DNA of 64,000 nucleotides from an uncultured delta proteobacterium (GCA_963711395.1 CAVQEA010000001.1:25213-89212); one strand, 5' to 3'; positions 17,900-30,028 are shown, numbered from the stretch's first letter. Translations and numbers: made by a program. The notes: generated by a model from the letters alone, not told the origin.

Positions 17900-18322
17900 T
17901 CAACCTCCGATGCCGTGTCGCATCACGAAAACGGTGACGGCACCGGCAGCCATGAAGGTCAGCGTGGCCGCCAAGGAACGGGGGGAGAGCCGAGCGAGAC
18001 CGCAAACGCCGTGGCCGCTCGTGCAGCCGTTGCCGAGCCGCGTTCCGAACCCGACCAGCAGTCCCGCGAGCACGAGCTCGGGAGCGCTCGCCGCGATGAT
18101 CGGCTGTGCGTCGTTGCCGGCCAGCCTCACGAGCCAGCATCCCGCGACGAGACCGAGCACGAAAGCCAGGCGCCACGATCGGTCGCTCTGGGCGCGGGCC
18201 ACCAACCCGCCGACGATGCCGCTGACGCCGGCGATACGCCCGATGGAGAGGAGCAGCACGCAAGCCGCCAGGCCGATCAACGATCCGCCGAGCAGCGCCG
18301 AGTACGGGGTGAAGTGTTCCAC
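17900..18322 (-). CDS. YeeE/YedE-family sulfur-compound transporter component
   Basis: [39 protein letters not shown]. Confidence 0.9.
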   Translation of the reverse strand: MEHFTPYSALLGGSLIGLAACVLLLSIGRIAGVSGIVGGLVARAQSDRSWRLAFVLGLVAGCWLVRLAGNDAQPIIAASAPELVLAGLLVGFGTRLGNGCTSGHGVCGLARLSPRSLAATLTFMAAGAVTVFVMRHGIGG

Positions 18323-18435
18323 GAGGGCCTCCGCTTGACTACAACACTATATTGATAGAGACTCATGCACTATAAACAAGCCGCACGACGTTTGCAATGT
18401 CGGCGGCGCTTCGTGGGCCGGGTAAGGAGGAGCGC

Positions 18436-19493
18436 ATGCTGTTCCGCGAGCTCAACCGCAGCAAGTGCAAGACGTACCTGATCGCTTGCGAGGAGACGCG
18501 CCGCGCGGCGCTGGTCGATCCCCTGAAGGAGAAGCTCGAGCGCTACGTGGCCATGCTCGCGTATCACGGGCTGCGCCTCGAGGCGGTGATCGACACCCAC
18601 ACGCACGCCGATCACCGGACGGCGAGCTTCGATCTGCGCGAGTTGGTCGGTGCGACCGCGATCATGCATCGTCGGGCGCCCGCGCCGCACATCGACAGGC
18701 ACGTCGACGACGGCGACACGATCGCGATCGGCAACCTGCGGATGCGGGTCTTGGCGACGCCCGGCCACACGCCCGACGGGATCTCTCTGGTATGCCCCGG
18801 CTGCGTGCTCACCGGTGACACGCTGATGATCCGCGGCACCGGGCCGATCGGATTTCGCCGGCGGAGACCCGGGGGCGCAGTACGATGCGATCACCGGCAA
18901 GCTGTTTTCGCCTGCCGGACGAGACGCTGGTCTTCCCCGCGCACGACTACCGCGGCAACCTCTCGTCGACGATCGGCGACGAGAAGCGCTCCAACCCGCG
19001 CCTCGCGGGACGCACCCGCGAGGCCTACATCGATCTCATGAACAACCTCGGCCTGCCGCTCCCCGACAAGATCCAGGAATGTCTGCAGCCGAACGAAACC
19101 GCGCTCGAGGACGATCGGCTGCGCTTCCCGACGCTCGCCGAGCTCAACAAGGTGCAGCAGCGCAACTCACGAGAAGTCAGCGCGGATCTCGCTTCGCCGG
19201 CTCCGCCATTGATCCTCGACGTGCGGGAGCCCGAAGAATTCGACGGTGAGCTCGGCCATATCCCGGGCGCCGTGCTGGTCCCGCTCAAGGATTTGCCGGG
19301 ACGCGCGACGGAGATCGACGCGTACAAGGAGCGGCACGTGGTGGTCGTCTGCCGCGCGGGGGTGCGCAGCACGACCGGCGCCGCGATTCTCACCGGCCTC
19401 GGCTTCGAGCACGTCTCGAATCTGAAGGGCGGGATGCTCGATTGGAACGACCAGCGCCTGGAGGTCGAGCGGGGATCTCGCGACGATGGCTGA
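18436..19493 (+). CDS. Persulfide dioxygenase-like MBL-fold protein fused to rhodanese; frameshifted
   Basis: CKTYLI, DTHTHADH, TPGHTPD, LTGDTL, then LVFPAHDYRG...STIGDEK..NPRL, and a C-terminal rhodanese DVREPEEF...VCRAGVRS. Confidence 0.85.
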
Positions 19494-21029
19494 CGCGGTC
19501 GCGGGAGAGTCCGCGACGGCGGTGCGGTGGGCAAAGGTCGTCGATCACGAGCGCTGCATCGGCTGCCACGCGTGCACGACGGCCTGCAAATCGGAGAACG
19601 AGGTCCCGCTCTCCGTCAACCGCACGTACGTGAAGTACGTCGACGTCGGCGTCTATCCTCATACCCGGCGGGCGTTCCAGGTCACGCGCTGCAATCAGTG
19701 CGAGGACCCGCCGTGTACGCACGTCTGTCCGACTACCGCGATGTACCAGCGCGGCGACGGCATCGTCGATTTCGACAAGCGGATCTGCATCGGCTGCAAG
19801 GCCTGCATCGCCGCCTGTCCCTATGACGCGATCTTCATCAACCCGGAGGACCATTCGGCGGAGAAGTGCAACTTCTGCGCGCACCGCATCGACGTCGGCC
19901 TCGAGCCGGCGTGCGTGGTCGTTTGTCCGGTGGACGCGATCCTCGTCGGCGACTTGAACGATCCCCGCTCCACGGTCGCGGCGATCGTCGGGCGCGAAGC
20001 CTTGTCCGTGCGCCGCCCCGAGAAAGAGACACGTCCCAAGCTCTTCTACAAAGGGGCGCATCAGGCGACGCTCGATCCGCTCGCTGCTCGCCGACCCGAC
20101 GGCGGCATGTTCCTGTGGAGCGAACAAGGCACGCTGCCTCACCAGGTGACGTCCGGACATCCCGGGGCCGCCAACAGCTCGGCCGCCGCGCTGCTCGCCT
20201 ACGACGTGCCACACCGCATGCCGTGGGACTGGCGGCTTTCGCTCTACACGTGGACCAAGGGCATCGCCGCCGGCGCATACCTGGTGCCCCTGACTGCTGG
20301 TTCTCGCCGGCGTGATCCCGGACGCGAGCCCGCTCTGGCGCTTCGCGGCGCCCGTGGTCGCCGGCGCCTTTCTGGCGCTCACCGGCGTGATCCTGATCGC
20401 CGATCTCGAGCACCCGCGAGCGCTTCTGGCTGATCTTCGCGCGCCCGCAATGGCGGAGCTGGCTCGTGCGCGGAGCGTTCATCATCGCTGGCTACGCGGT
20501 GGTCCTCGCTGCTGCACTTCGTGGCGAGCTTCCTCGATGCGGAGAGCGCGCAGCGCGCGCTCGCCGTCGCGCGGACTGCCGCTCGCGGCGCTGACGGCCG
20601 TCTACACGGCGTATCTTGTTCGCCCAGGCCAAGGCGCGTGATCTCTGGCAGAATCCGCTGTTGCCACCGCACTTCCTCGTGCAGGCGGCTGCTCGCCGGC
20701 GCCGCGACGATGCTGCCGCGTCGCGGCATTGGCTCGAGCCCGCCGCGCTCGTCCCGCTCGCATCGATGCTCGGCGCGAGCTCGCTACTCCACCTGTTGTT
20801 CGTCGCTCGGCGAGGTGACGCTCACCCACCCGACGGCGCACGCGCGTCTCGCGGTCGAGGAGATGACGGTCGGCGAGTATCGCGGATTCTTCTGGGTCGG
20901 CGTCGTGCTCGTCGCGCTCGCGGCGGCGGCACCGTGGCTCGGCGTGGCGGCGCGGCGCCGGCGCTCGCCGGCCTGCTCGCGCACGAGCACGCCTACGTGC
21001 AGGCCGGGCAGTCGGTGCCGCTCGCCTGA
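19486..21029 (+). CDS. 4Fe-4S dicluster (NrfC/PsrB-like) subunit fused to an NrfD/PsrC-like membrane anchor; frameshifted
   Basis: CIGCHACTTAC, CNQCEDPPCTHVCP, CIGCKACIAACPY, KCNFCAHR..PACVVVCP. The same frame continues into PWDWRLSLYTWTKGIAAG, and later frames give LIADLEHP and ARDLWQNPLL. Confidence 0.85.
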
Positions 21030-21042
21030 AGGGAGCACGACG

Positions 21043-23954
21043 ATGGAAGCCAAGCCCAACACCGCGCGTATCGGCGGCTCAGTCGGCGACGGAGTCGCGC
21101 GGCGAGACGTACTATCCCGGTCCGAGCGGCATCCACCTCGCTGCGTTCCCGCCGAAGGAGCGCTGGGACGACTGGGTGGAGCTCGACTCGCGCGCCTGGC
21201 CGGAGCGCGTCGAGCGTCGCTACATGCTGGTGCCGACCACGTGCTTCAACTGCGAATCGGCTTGCGGTCTGCTCGCCTACGTCGACAAGGATTCGCTCGA
21301 GATCCGCAAGCTCGAGGGCAATCCCGAGCACCCCGCCTCACGCGGCCGCAACTGCGCCAAGGGCCCGGCGACTCTCAACCAGATCCACGACCCGCATCGC
21401 ATCCTCTACCCCTTGAAGCGCGACGGCGCGCGCGGCGAAGGCAAGTGGCGGCAGGTCGGTTGGGACGAAGCGCTCGACGACATCGCGCTCCGTATCCGGA
21501 GGGCGATCGCCGAAGGCCGGCGAAACGAGGTCGTCTACCACGTCGGTCGGCCCGGCGAGGACGGCTATACCGAACGGGTGCTCGCCGCGTGGGGTCTCGA
21601 CGGACACAACTCGCACACCAACATCTGCTCGTCGAACGGCCGCGCCGGATACCACTACTGGATGGGTTTCGATCGGCCGAGCCCCGACTATGCCAATGCC
21701 GACGTGATCTTGCTGATCAGCGCTCACCTGGAATCAGGCCACTATTTCAATCCCCACGCGCAGCGCATCGTCGAGGCGAAGCAGCGTGGCGCCAAATTGA
21801 TCGTCTTCGACGTCCGGCTCTCCAACACCGCCACCCATGCCGACTACTGGGTCTCCCCATATCCCGGAACGGAGCCCGCGATCCTGTTGGCCATCGCCGG
21901 CCATCTCATCCGGCAGCGCCGCTACGACCGCGAGTTCGTCCGCCGCTGGTGGAACTGGCGCGAATACCTGCGGGCGCGCCACCCCGGCGGACAAGAGACC
22001 TTCGAGCGTTTCGAGGCCGAGCTCGCTCGCGAATACGAGAGCTACACGTTCGAGTTCGCCGCCAAGGAGTCGGGGATCGATGCCGAGACGATCGCCGAGG
22101 TGGCCGAGATCGTGGCGCGCGCCGGCACGCGACTGGCGACGCACACGTGGCGGAGCGCCGCGGCGGGAAACCTGGGCGGCTGGCAGGTGTCGCGCACGCT
22201 CTTCCTGCTGAACGCGCTCCTCGGCGCGATCGGCACGGAGGGGGGCACGCATCCCAACGTCGCCAACAAGTTCGTGCCGCGCCCGATCCACGTTCCCGCG
22301 CATCCCCAGGTGTGGAACGACCTCAACTGGCCGACCGAGTATCCGCTGGCGATGAACGAGATGTCGATGCTGTTGCCGCATCTTCTGAAGGATGGGCGCG
22401 GACGGCTCGATGTATATTTCTCGCGCGTCTACAACCCGGTCTGGACCAATCCCGACGGCTTCACCTGGATCGAGGCGCTCACCGACGAGAAGCTCGTCGG
22501 CCTTCACGTCGCGCTGACGCCGACGTGGAGCGAGACGGCATACTTCGCGGACTACGTGCTGCCGATGGGCCTCGGTGCCGAACGACACGACATCCATTCC
22601 TACGAAACCCACGATGCGACAGTGGCTCGGCTTCCGACAACCCGTCCTGCGCGCGGCTCGAGAGCGGCGCGGTGAGCGCGATCACCGACACGCGGGCCGC
22701 GAACCCCGGAGAGGTTTGGGAAGAGAACGAGTTCTGGATCGAGCTCTCCTGGAGAATCGACCCGGACGGCGCGATGGGCATCCGCCGGCATTTCGAATCC
22801 AGGAAGAACCCGGGCACCAAGCTCGGCGTCGAGGAGTACTACGGCTTTCATCTTCGAGAACTCCGTGCCGGGGCTCGCCGAGCGCGCCGCGAAGGAGGGA
22901 TTGAAGCCGCTCGAGTACATGCGCCGCTACGGGAGCTTCGAGGTGCAGCCGCAAGAGCGGCGCGCTGCACGAAGAACCGGTGCCTCTGGCGGAGCTCGAC
23001 GACGTGCGCGTCGACGACCTCGGCGCGTCTACACGCGCGACGGCGAAGCCGGCGGGCGCGAACATCGTGCCTTTCCCGACTCCTGATCCCGACGCCGACG
23101 GCAGGCGGCTCGTCGGCGTCGAGATCGACGGAGAGCCGCGGCGCGGGTTTCCCACGCCGAGCGGGCGCCTCGAGTTCTACTCCTCCACGCTCGACCGCTG
23201 GGGTTGGCCGGAGTACGCGCTGCCGACGTACATCCGGAGCCACATCCATCCCGAGCGGCTCGAGGATGGACAGATGCCGCTCATCCCGACGTTCCGCATA
23301 CCGGTGCAGATCCACACCCGTAGCGCCAACTCCAAGTGGCTGGACGAGATCGCCCACACGAACCCGTTGTGGATCCATCCCCGAGATGCCGAGCGCTTGT
23401 CGCTCCGCACGGGCGCGCTGGTCCGCGTCGAGACCGAAATCGGCTACTTCGTGGTGAAGGCCTGGGTCACGGAAGGAATCCGGCCGGGTATCGTCGCTTG
23501 TAGTCATCACATGGGACGTTGGAAGCTCGACGGGGAAGGGCAGCGACAGCTGATGGCGACGGTCGCGCTCGCCCGCGAGGGCGGGCGCTTCAGTCTGCGC
23601 CGCAAGGCCGGCGTGGCGCCGCATGACAGCGTGGACCCGGACACGCGGCGGATCTGGTGGACCGACGCCGGCGTCCACCAGAACCTGACCTTCCCCGTGC
23701 ATCCCGATCCGATCTCCGGGATGCACTGCTGGCACCAGGCGGTGCGCGTGAAGCGCGCCGAGGCCGGCGATTCGTACGGCGACGTCTCCGTCGACGTCGA
23801 CAAGGCCCATGAAGTCTACCGGCGCTGGCTCGAGATCACGCGCCCCGCCGCGCGCGTCTCCCCGGACGGTACGCGGCGGCCCTACTGGTTGCTGCGGCCG
23901 CTCAAGCCGTCGCGCGACGCGTATCGGTTGCCCGCTGCCGACGCTTCTCCATAA
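21043..23954 (+). CDS. Mo/W-bisPGD oxidoreductase catalytic subunit (Psr/Phs/Soe-like), no Tat signal; frameshifted
   Basis: PTTCFNCESACG...NCAKG (FS0 cluster), RILYPLKR, HTNICS (Cys ligand), ADYVLP, C-terminal binding domain QIHTRSANSKWL..NPLWIHP. Confidence 0.88.
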
Positions 23955-23961
23955 TCGGGGC

Positions 23962-25761
23962 GTGAAGGCGACCTCCGATACGACCGTCGCTCGGGATCGC
24001 CTCACGAGAAGGCAGCGACCGAGGCGGCGCGAGAGGCGGTAGCTCGGCTTCGCGGCGACGTGCTCGCGGGCATCACGACCGGCATCCTCGCGGTTCCGCA
24101 GGGGATCGCCTTCGCGCTGATCGCGCACGTACCGCCCGAGCACGGCCTCTACGCGATGATCGTGCCGACGATCGTCGCGGCGCTCATCCGCAGCTCTCCG
24201 TTCCTCGTCACCGGGTCGACGAACACCTCCGCGCTGGTGATCGGCGCTCTCGTAGCGTAGCTTCGCGCCGGCGCCGCGGAAGCGGTGCCCACGATGCTGC
24301 TGATCACGCTGCTGATGGGCGCTGATCCAGGTGATCGCGCGGGCGCGCTTCGCCTCGGCGCCTTCGGTCGTTACGTGTCGCAGGCGGTGCTCGTCGGCTT
24401 CACGCTCGGCGCCGCGACTCTGATCTTCACCGACCAGATCCACAACGTGCTCGGCGTGCCGGTCGAATCGTCGCCGCGGCTTGATCGAGACCTTCGAAAA
24501 TCTGCGTGCCGAAGCTCCGGATGTGCGGACCCGCGAGCGCTCGCCATCGCGGTCGTCACCTGGGCGATCGTGCTCGGCTGCGCGCGGATCTCGCGAGTGA
24601 TCCCGGGCGCGATGATCGCGATCGTCGTCACGGCGGCGGGCGCGACGATGCTCGGCTGGGAGGACGGCCCTCTCCGGTGCGAGTCGTCGGTGACGGTCCC
24701 AAGGGGCTTGCCGGCCGTGACGGTGCCGCCCGTCTCCCTGTCGCGCGTCGACCAGGTGCTGCCGGCGAGCTTCGCGATCGCCGTGCTCGGCATGGTCGAG
24801 GCGATCTCGATCGGCAAGGCGCTGTCCGCTCGTGCGCAGGTGAAGTTCTACGCCAACCAGGAGCTGCGTCGCGAAGGGCGTGGGCAACGTCGTCGGGCGC
24901 GTTCTTCGGCTGCATGCCGACGTCCGCGAGCTGGACGCGCAGCGCGATCAACCTGCAGATGGGCTCGAAGACGCGCTGGGTCGGAGTCGTCTCGGGTTTC
25001 ACGGTGCTGGCGATCATGATCGCCTTCGGCCCGGCCGCGCGCTACGTGCCGCGCGCGTGCCTGGGCGCGATCATCATGTGGATCGCCGCGCTGATGGTGG
25101 ATCTAGCGACGGCGCGCTACGTGTGGCGGTGGAGCCGGACGGACGCGGTGGTGCTGGTGATCACCTACGTCTCGACGATCGTCTTCCAGATCCAGTACGC
25201 GATCTACCTCGGCATCGTCATGTCTCTGGTGATGCTCGTGCGCCGAGTCGGCGAGCTACAGGTGGTCGAGATGATGGAAGTGGCGCCGCGCATCTACCGC
25301 GAGATCGAGATCGACGCCGCAGACGGGATCGAGCGCGCTCGTGCTGCTGGCTCTCGAGGGCGATCTCTTCTTCGGAGTCGTCGAGGAGCTCGAGGAGCAT
25401 CTGTCGCGGATCGCCGCCAACGGCGCGCGGGCGATCATCATCCGCATGAAGCGCGCCCACGCGATCGACGCCACGGCCGCTGAGGTCGCTGGCCAACTTC
25501 GCCATCCAGTTCCAGGCGAAGGGCGGTCGCTTGATGCTCTGCGGTCTGAAACCGGAGCTCCACGCGCAGGTGCTGCGCTCGCACCTGGGCGAGGTGCTCG
25601 GGCGCGAGAACGTGCTGCTCACCGAAAAGCGCCACTCGGTGTCGTTGCGCCGCGCGATCGAAACGGCGCGGCGAGATCTGCTCGCTGCGGGCATCGGGCA
25701 CCAGCCGTTGGCGCGCTCCGCCGGGGCCGAGTCGGCGGACGGCTCGGCGTACAGCATCTGA
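23962..25761 (+). CDS. sulP: SulP-family anion permease with STAS domain; heavily frameshifted
   Basis: VPQGIAFALIA..PPEHGLYA, VLVGFTLG, GMVEAISIGKAL, ANQEL, GCMPTSASWTRSAIN, EGDLFFG (STAS). Confidence 0.8.
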
Positions 25762-25806
25762 GGCCGGGCTTGACTCGATCCACGACAGCCCCGAACAACT
25801 GAGCCC

Positions 25807-28800
25807 ATGCGCTGCTCGGCGTGCAGTCACGAGAATCGGCCGCTCGCAAAATTTTGCGCCGGCTGCGGCGCGCCGCTGGCGCGACGCTGCGCGAGCTGCT
25901 CCGCAGAGCTGCCGGCGGCGGCGCGCTTCTGTGACAGCTGCGGGACCCCTGTCGAGGCAGCGGCGGCGGCCGCCGCGCCGGCGCGGACTCCCGGCTCCTA
26001 CACGCCGCAGCATCTCGCCGAAAAGATCCTCACCAGCCGCAGCGCCCTCGAGGGGGAGCGCAAACAGGTGACCGTGCTCTTCGCCGACGTCGCGGGCTTC
26101 ACCGCGCTGTCGACCCGTCTCGACCCGGAAGACTTGCACGCCGTGATGGACGGCTGTTTCCGCCACGTGATGGAGGCGGTGCACCGTTACGAAGGCACGG
26201 TGAACCAGTTCACGGGGGACGGCGTCATGGCACTGTTCGGCGCGCCCATCGCGCACGAGGACCACGCGGCGCGTGCGGTGGCCGCATCCTTGGCCATCCA
26301 GAAGGCGCTCGCGGCGTACGGTGCCGATCTACGTCGTACGCGCGGCGTCGAGTTCGGCCTGCGTATCGGTCTCAACACCGGCCCGGTGGTGGTCGGCAAG
26401 ATCGGCGACGACCTGCGCATGGATTACACGGCGCAGGGCGAGACCGTGAATCTGGCCGCGCGTCTGCAGCAAGCGGGGACGCCCGGAGCCGTGCTGATGA
26501 GCGAGACGACCGCGCGCCTGGTTCGCCGGGCGTTCGTCACGGAAGACCGCGGCGAGATCACGCTCAAGGGCATCGATCATGCGGTGCGCGTCTACGCGGT
26601 GACCGGGGAGAGCCGGCGGCAAAGCCGCTTCGATGCGCTTCTCGAGCGCGGCCTGACGCCCTTGGTCGGGCGGGAGCGCGAGCTCGTCTTCCTCGAGGAT
26701 TGCCTGGCACGCGCGAGGGAGGGACGCGGGCAAGCGATATCGCTGGTCGGCGAAGCAGGGGTAGGGAAGTCGCGGCTCGCTTACGAGCTCGGTCGGCGGG
26801 CGCAATCGTCGGGCGTGGTGGTTCGCAAGGCCGAGTGCTTGCCGCATGGCGAAGCGGCGCCGTTTCGCGCCGCCGTCGAGCTTCTGCAGGCGATCCTGCA
26901 CCTCGAGGAGAGCGCCGCGGCGAGCACGCGCGCCGAGACGTTGCAGGCGGCTGTCGCCGAGCTCGACCCGACGCTCGCCTGGGTAGTACCGTACGCCAAG
27001 CTGCTGCTCGCGCTGCCGGCCCCGGAGCTCGAGGCAGAAGGCCTCGATCAAGCGCAGCGCAAGCAGCGGACGCTCGAAGCGGTGAAGGGACTGATCTTCC
27101 GCTGCGCCGACGAACGGCCGCAGCTGCTGCTCGTCGAAGACCTGCAATGGGTCGACCGCAGCTCCGAGGAGGCCCTTCATGCCCTCGTAGGCGCGCTCGC
27201 CGACCGGCGCATTCTTCTCCTCTGCACGTATCGGTCCGGGTACGCGCCTCCGTGGCAAGAGCGGAGCTTCCACCATCGCCTGGCGCTCGAGGAGCTCGTG
27301 GCCGGCGACGCCGCTCGTATGGTCGAAGCGCTGCTGCCCGGCTCGGACGCGCAGCCGCTGCGCGAGCTGGTGGCGGCGAGGGCGGAAGGCAATCCGCTGT
27401 TCGTGGAGGAGCTTGCCGGGTTTCTCCGCGACCAAGGAGAACGGTGGCTCGCGGGCCGCCGACGCGGTGCCGGAGACGATCCACGATCTGTTGACCGCAC
27501 GCATAGATCGGCTCCCTGATGTGCCGAAGCGCGTGCTGCAGCGCGCTTCGGTGCTCGGCCGGGAGTTCCCGCTGCGACTTCTCGAGTCGGTGAGCCCCGC
27601 CGGCGAAGACGTGCGCGGTGCGGTGAATGAGCTCGTCGCCCGCGAGCTGCTGGACGAGAAGCAGCTCTTCCCGGAGGTGCGGCTCTCCTTCGCACAGGCG
27701 CTGATCCGCGACGTCGCCTACCGCGGGCTGCTGCTCAAGTCACGGGCGGAAATACATGCGCGGGCAGGCCTGGCCCTGGAAACTCTCTACGCGGACCGCC
27801 TCGACGAGGTGCTGCACGATCTCGCGCGTCACTTCGGCGAGAGCGGCGAGCCGGCGCAAGCATTGCGCTACCGGCTGCGCGCGGGGTTGCGCGCGGCGAG
27901 CCTGTTTGCCTACGAGGATGCCGAGGCGGACCTGCAGGCCGCGCTCGCGCTCGTCGACGCCCACCCCGACCTGGCGGGCGAGCGCGGCGAGGTGCTCGAT
28001 CGCCTCGGCGAGGTGGTCTTTGCGAGCGGCCTCATCGGCACCGCGCTCGAGCACTGGACTCGAGCCCTCGTCGCATCGGGCACCTCAGGGCGTAAAGTCG
28101 CAGATTTGTATCGCAAGCGGGCGGCGGCGCACTGGGCCGCAGGCCAAACCGATCGCGCGCTCGCCGACCTCGAGAGCGCGCGCGGCGCCCTCGGCGCCGA
28201 GCTCGAAACGATCGAAGGGGCGCGCATCGCGCAGGAGCTCGCCCGCATTCACTTCCGCCTCGGCGACAACCGCCGCGCCACCGAATGGGCCGATCAGGCT
28301 CTCGCACTCGGCGAGCGCCTCGGCGCTGCCGACGTCGTCTCGCATGCCTACAACACCCTCGGGGTCGCCGCGGCGCGGGCTGGAGAGCTCGAGCGCGGCG
28401 CGACGATGGTGGAGAAGAGCTTGGCGACGGCCTTGGCCAGCGATCTCGGCGCGGTTGCCTGCCGCGCCTACGCGAACCTGGCGGTGATGTTTACCAGCCT
28501 CGATCACCGCCGCTCGGAGCAGTATTGCCGAGAAGGCTTGGAGCTGGCGCGCCGCATCGGCGACCAGCTGCAGCAATCGTGGCTGTACTGTGCGCTTGCC
28601 GGCGGCCATTGCACGCTCGCCGGGGATTACGACGAGGGTGTGCGCGCGGCGCAGGCCGCGATCGAGCTCGATCGCCGGCTCGGACAGCAGAGCCATCTGC
28701 CGATCCCGATCATCATCCTCGCGCAGATCTACCAGTGCCGCGGCGACTATGCGCGCAGCGCCGAGCACTACCGTGAAGCGCTCGGCCTCGCGGAAGCGCT

Positions 28801-28966
28801 CGGTGAGCCGCAGCTGTTGTTCCCCTGCTACGACGGCCTCGCCACGCTCGCCATCGAGGAAGGCGACGAGGAGGAGGCGGAGCGTTGGCTTTTGCGAAGC
28901 CGCGCGGTGCAGGAGGCGGCGGGCTGGTCGAGCGACAGCTTTCTCGCCCTCCCGTTTCTCTGCTAG
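25807..28966 (+). CDS. Double zinc ribbon-class III nucleotide cyclase-AAA ATPase-TPR protein; frameshift near 27480
   Basis: CSAC/CAGC/CASC/CDSC, VLFADVAGFT, FTGDG, TVNLAARLQ, GEAGVGKSRL, EDLQW, GNPLF, then TPR-like repeats. Confidence 0.88.
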
Positions 28967-28984
28967 AGGTTGCGCGGAGGGACT

Positions 28985-29572
28985 ATGGAACACATCACCG
29001 TTGGATCCCCCGCGCCGTCGTTTCGTTTGCCGACCGCGCAGGGCGGGGAGGTCGGTCTCGCCGACTATCGCGACCGGAAGAACGTGGTCGTCTGGTTCAC
29101 CAAGGGCATGGGTTGTCCATTCTGTCGCTCGCAGATGACGCAGATCTCGCGGGCGTATCCGGAGATGCAAAAGCTCGACGGCGAGGTGCTCGAGGTCACG
29201 GTATCGCCCGTGCGGCGGGCCCGCATCTACGCGGAGAAGTTCCAGCTGCCGTTCCCCTACCTCTGCGACCCTGATTACGAGGTGCGTCAGAAGTGGGGCG
29301 TCGCATCACGCTCGCACGGCGTCGGCCACTACGTCTCCGCTCTCGTGAAGGGGATGAGGACCCCCGTTCCCGCCAACGACTTCGGCACCTTCGCTCCGCC
29401 GCTCGACGAATTGCCTCGCATACTGAGCGACGACGACATGGGGTTCTTCATCGTCGACAAGCAGGGGATCGTGCGCTACGCGACGACGGGCATGTACCGG
29501 ATCGACAGCTCGGGTGTGTCGATCCCGGGCAACGAAGAGATCCTGCGCGAGCTCGGCAAGCTCGCGGCGTAG
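28985..29572 (+). CDS. Peroxiredoxin-like (AhpC/TSA, CxxC) protein
   Basis: GSPAPSFRLP, CPFC, LPFPYLCDPD, FIVDKQGIVRY. Confidence 0.75.
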   Translation: MEHITVGSPAPSFRLPTAQGGEVGLADYRDRKNVVVWFTKGMGCPFCRSQMTQISRAYPEMQKLDGEVLEVTVSPVRRARIYAEKFQLPFPYLCDPDYEVRQKWGVASRSHGVGHYVSALVKGMRTPVPANDFGTFAPPLDELPRILSDDDMGFFIVDKQGIVRYATTGMYRIDSSGVSIPGNEEILRELGKLAA

Positions 29573-29591
29573 ATCGGGCGTCCTCCAGCCG

Positions 29592-30020
29592 TTGCGCGCA
29601 CGCTTCGAAGACTACGAGCTGAGCGACGATGCGGCGCAGCTCGACCTCGATCGCGTCCACGCTCTGCTACGCGACACGTACTGGGCCGCCGGCCGATCCC
29701 GCGAGCAGATCGCGCTCACCCTCGAGCACTCGCTCTGCTTCGGCGTTTTTCACGGCGGCCGGCAGGTCGGTTTGGCTCGTGTTCTCACCGACCAAGGGGC
29801 GTCGAGCTACCTCTGCGACGTGGTGATCGATCCCGAGCATCGCTCGCGGGGTCTGGGTGGCTGGCTGATGCGCTCGATCCTCGACCACCCCGCCGTGGCA
29901 CGAACGCGCATGCTGCTGGTCACTCGAGACGCGCAGGATTTCTACCGCCGGCTTGGATTTGCGACGCATCCCTTCGAGTGCATGGTGCGGGCCGAGCGGG
30001 GCGCGGCGACCGATGACTGA
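29592..30020 (+). CDS. GNAT N-acetyltransferase; start uncertain
   Basis: DLDRVHALL..TYWA, SLCFG, QVGLARVLTD, YLCDVVI..EHRSRGLG, FYRRLGF. Confidence 0.85.
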   Translation: MRARFEDYELSDDAAQLDLDRVHALLRDTYWAAGRSREQIALTLEHSLCFGVFHGGRQVGLARVLTDQGASSYLCDVVIDPEHRSRGLGGWLMRSILDHPAVARTRMLLVTRDAQDFYRRLGFATHPFECMVRAERGAATDD

Positions 30021-30028
30021 GACGACGA

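Noticed and set aside
21095-21125. Apparent twin-arginine 'ARRDVLSR' at the Mo-enzyme N-terminus
   Set aside because: It arises in a shifted frame. The corrected frame reads GETYYPGPSG, and there is no hydrophobic h-region.
22600-22680. In-frame TGA in the Mo enzyme as possible selenocysteine
   Set aside because: It lies after an indel, far from the Mo ligand (HTNIC), and the protein continues in another frame.
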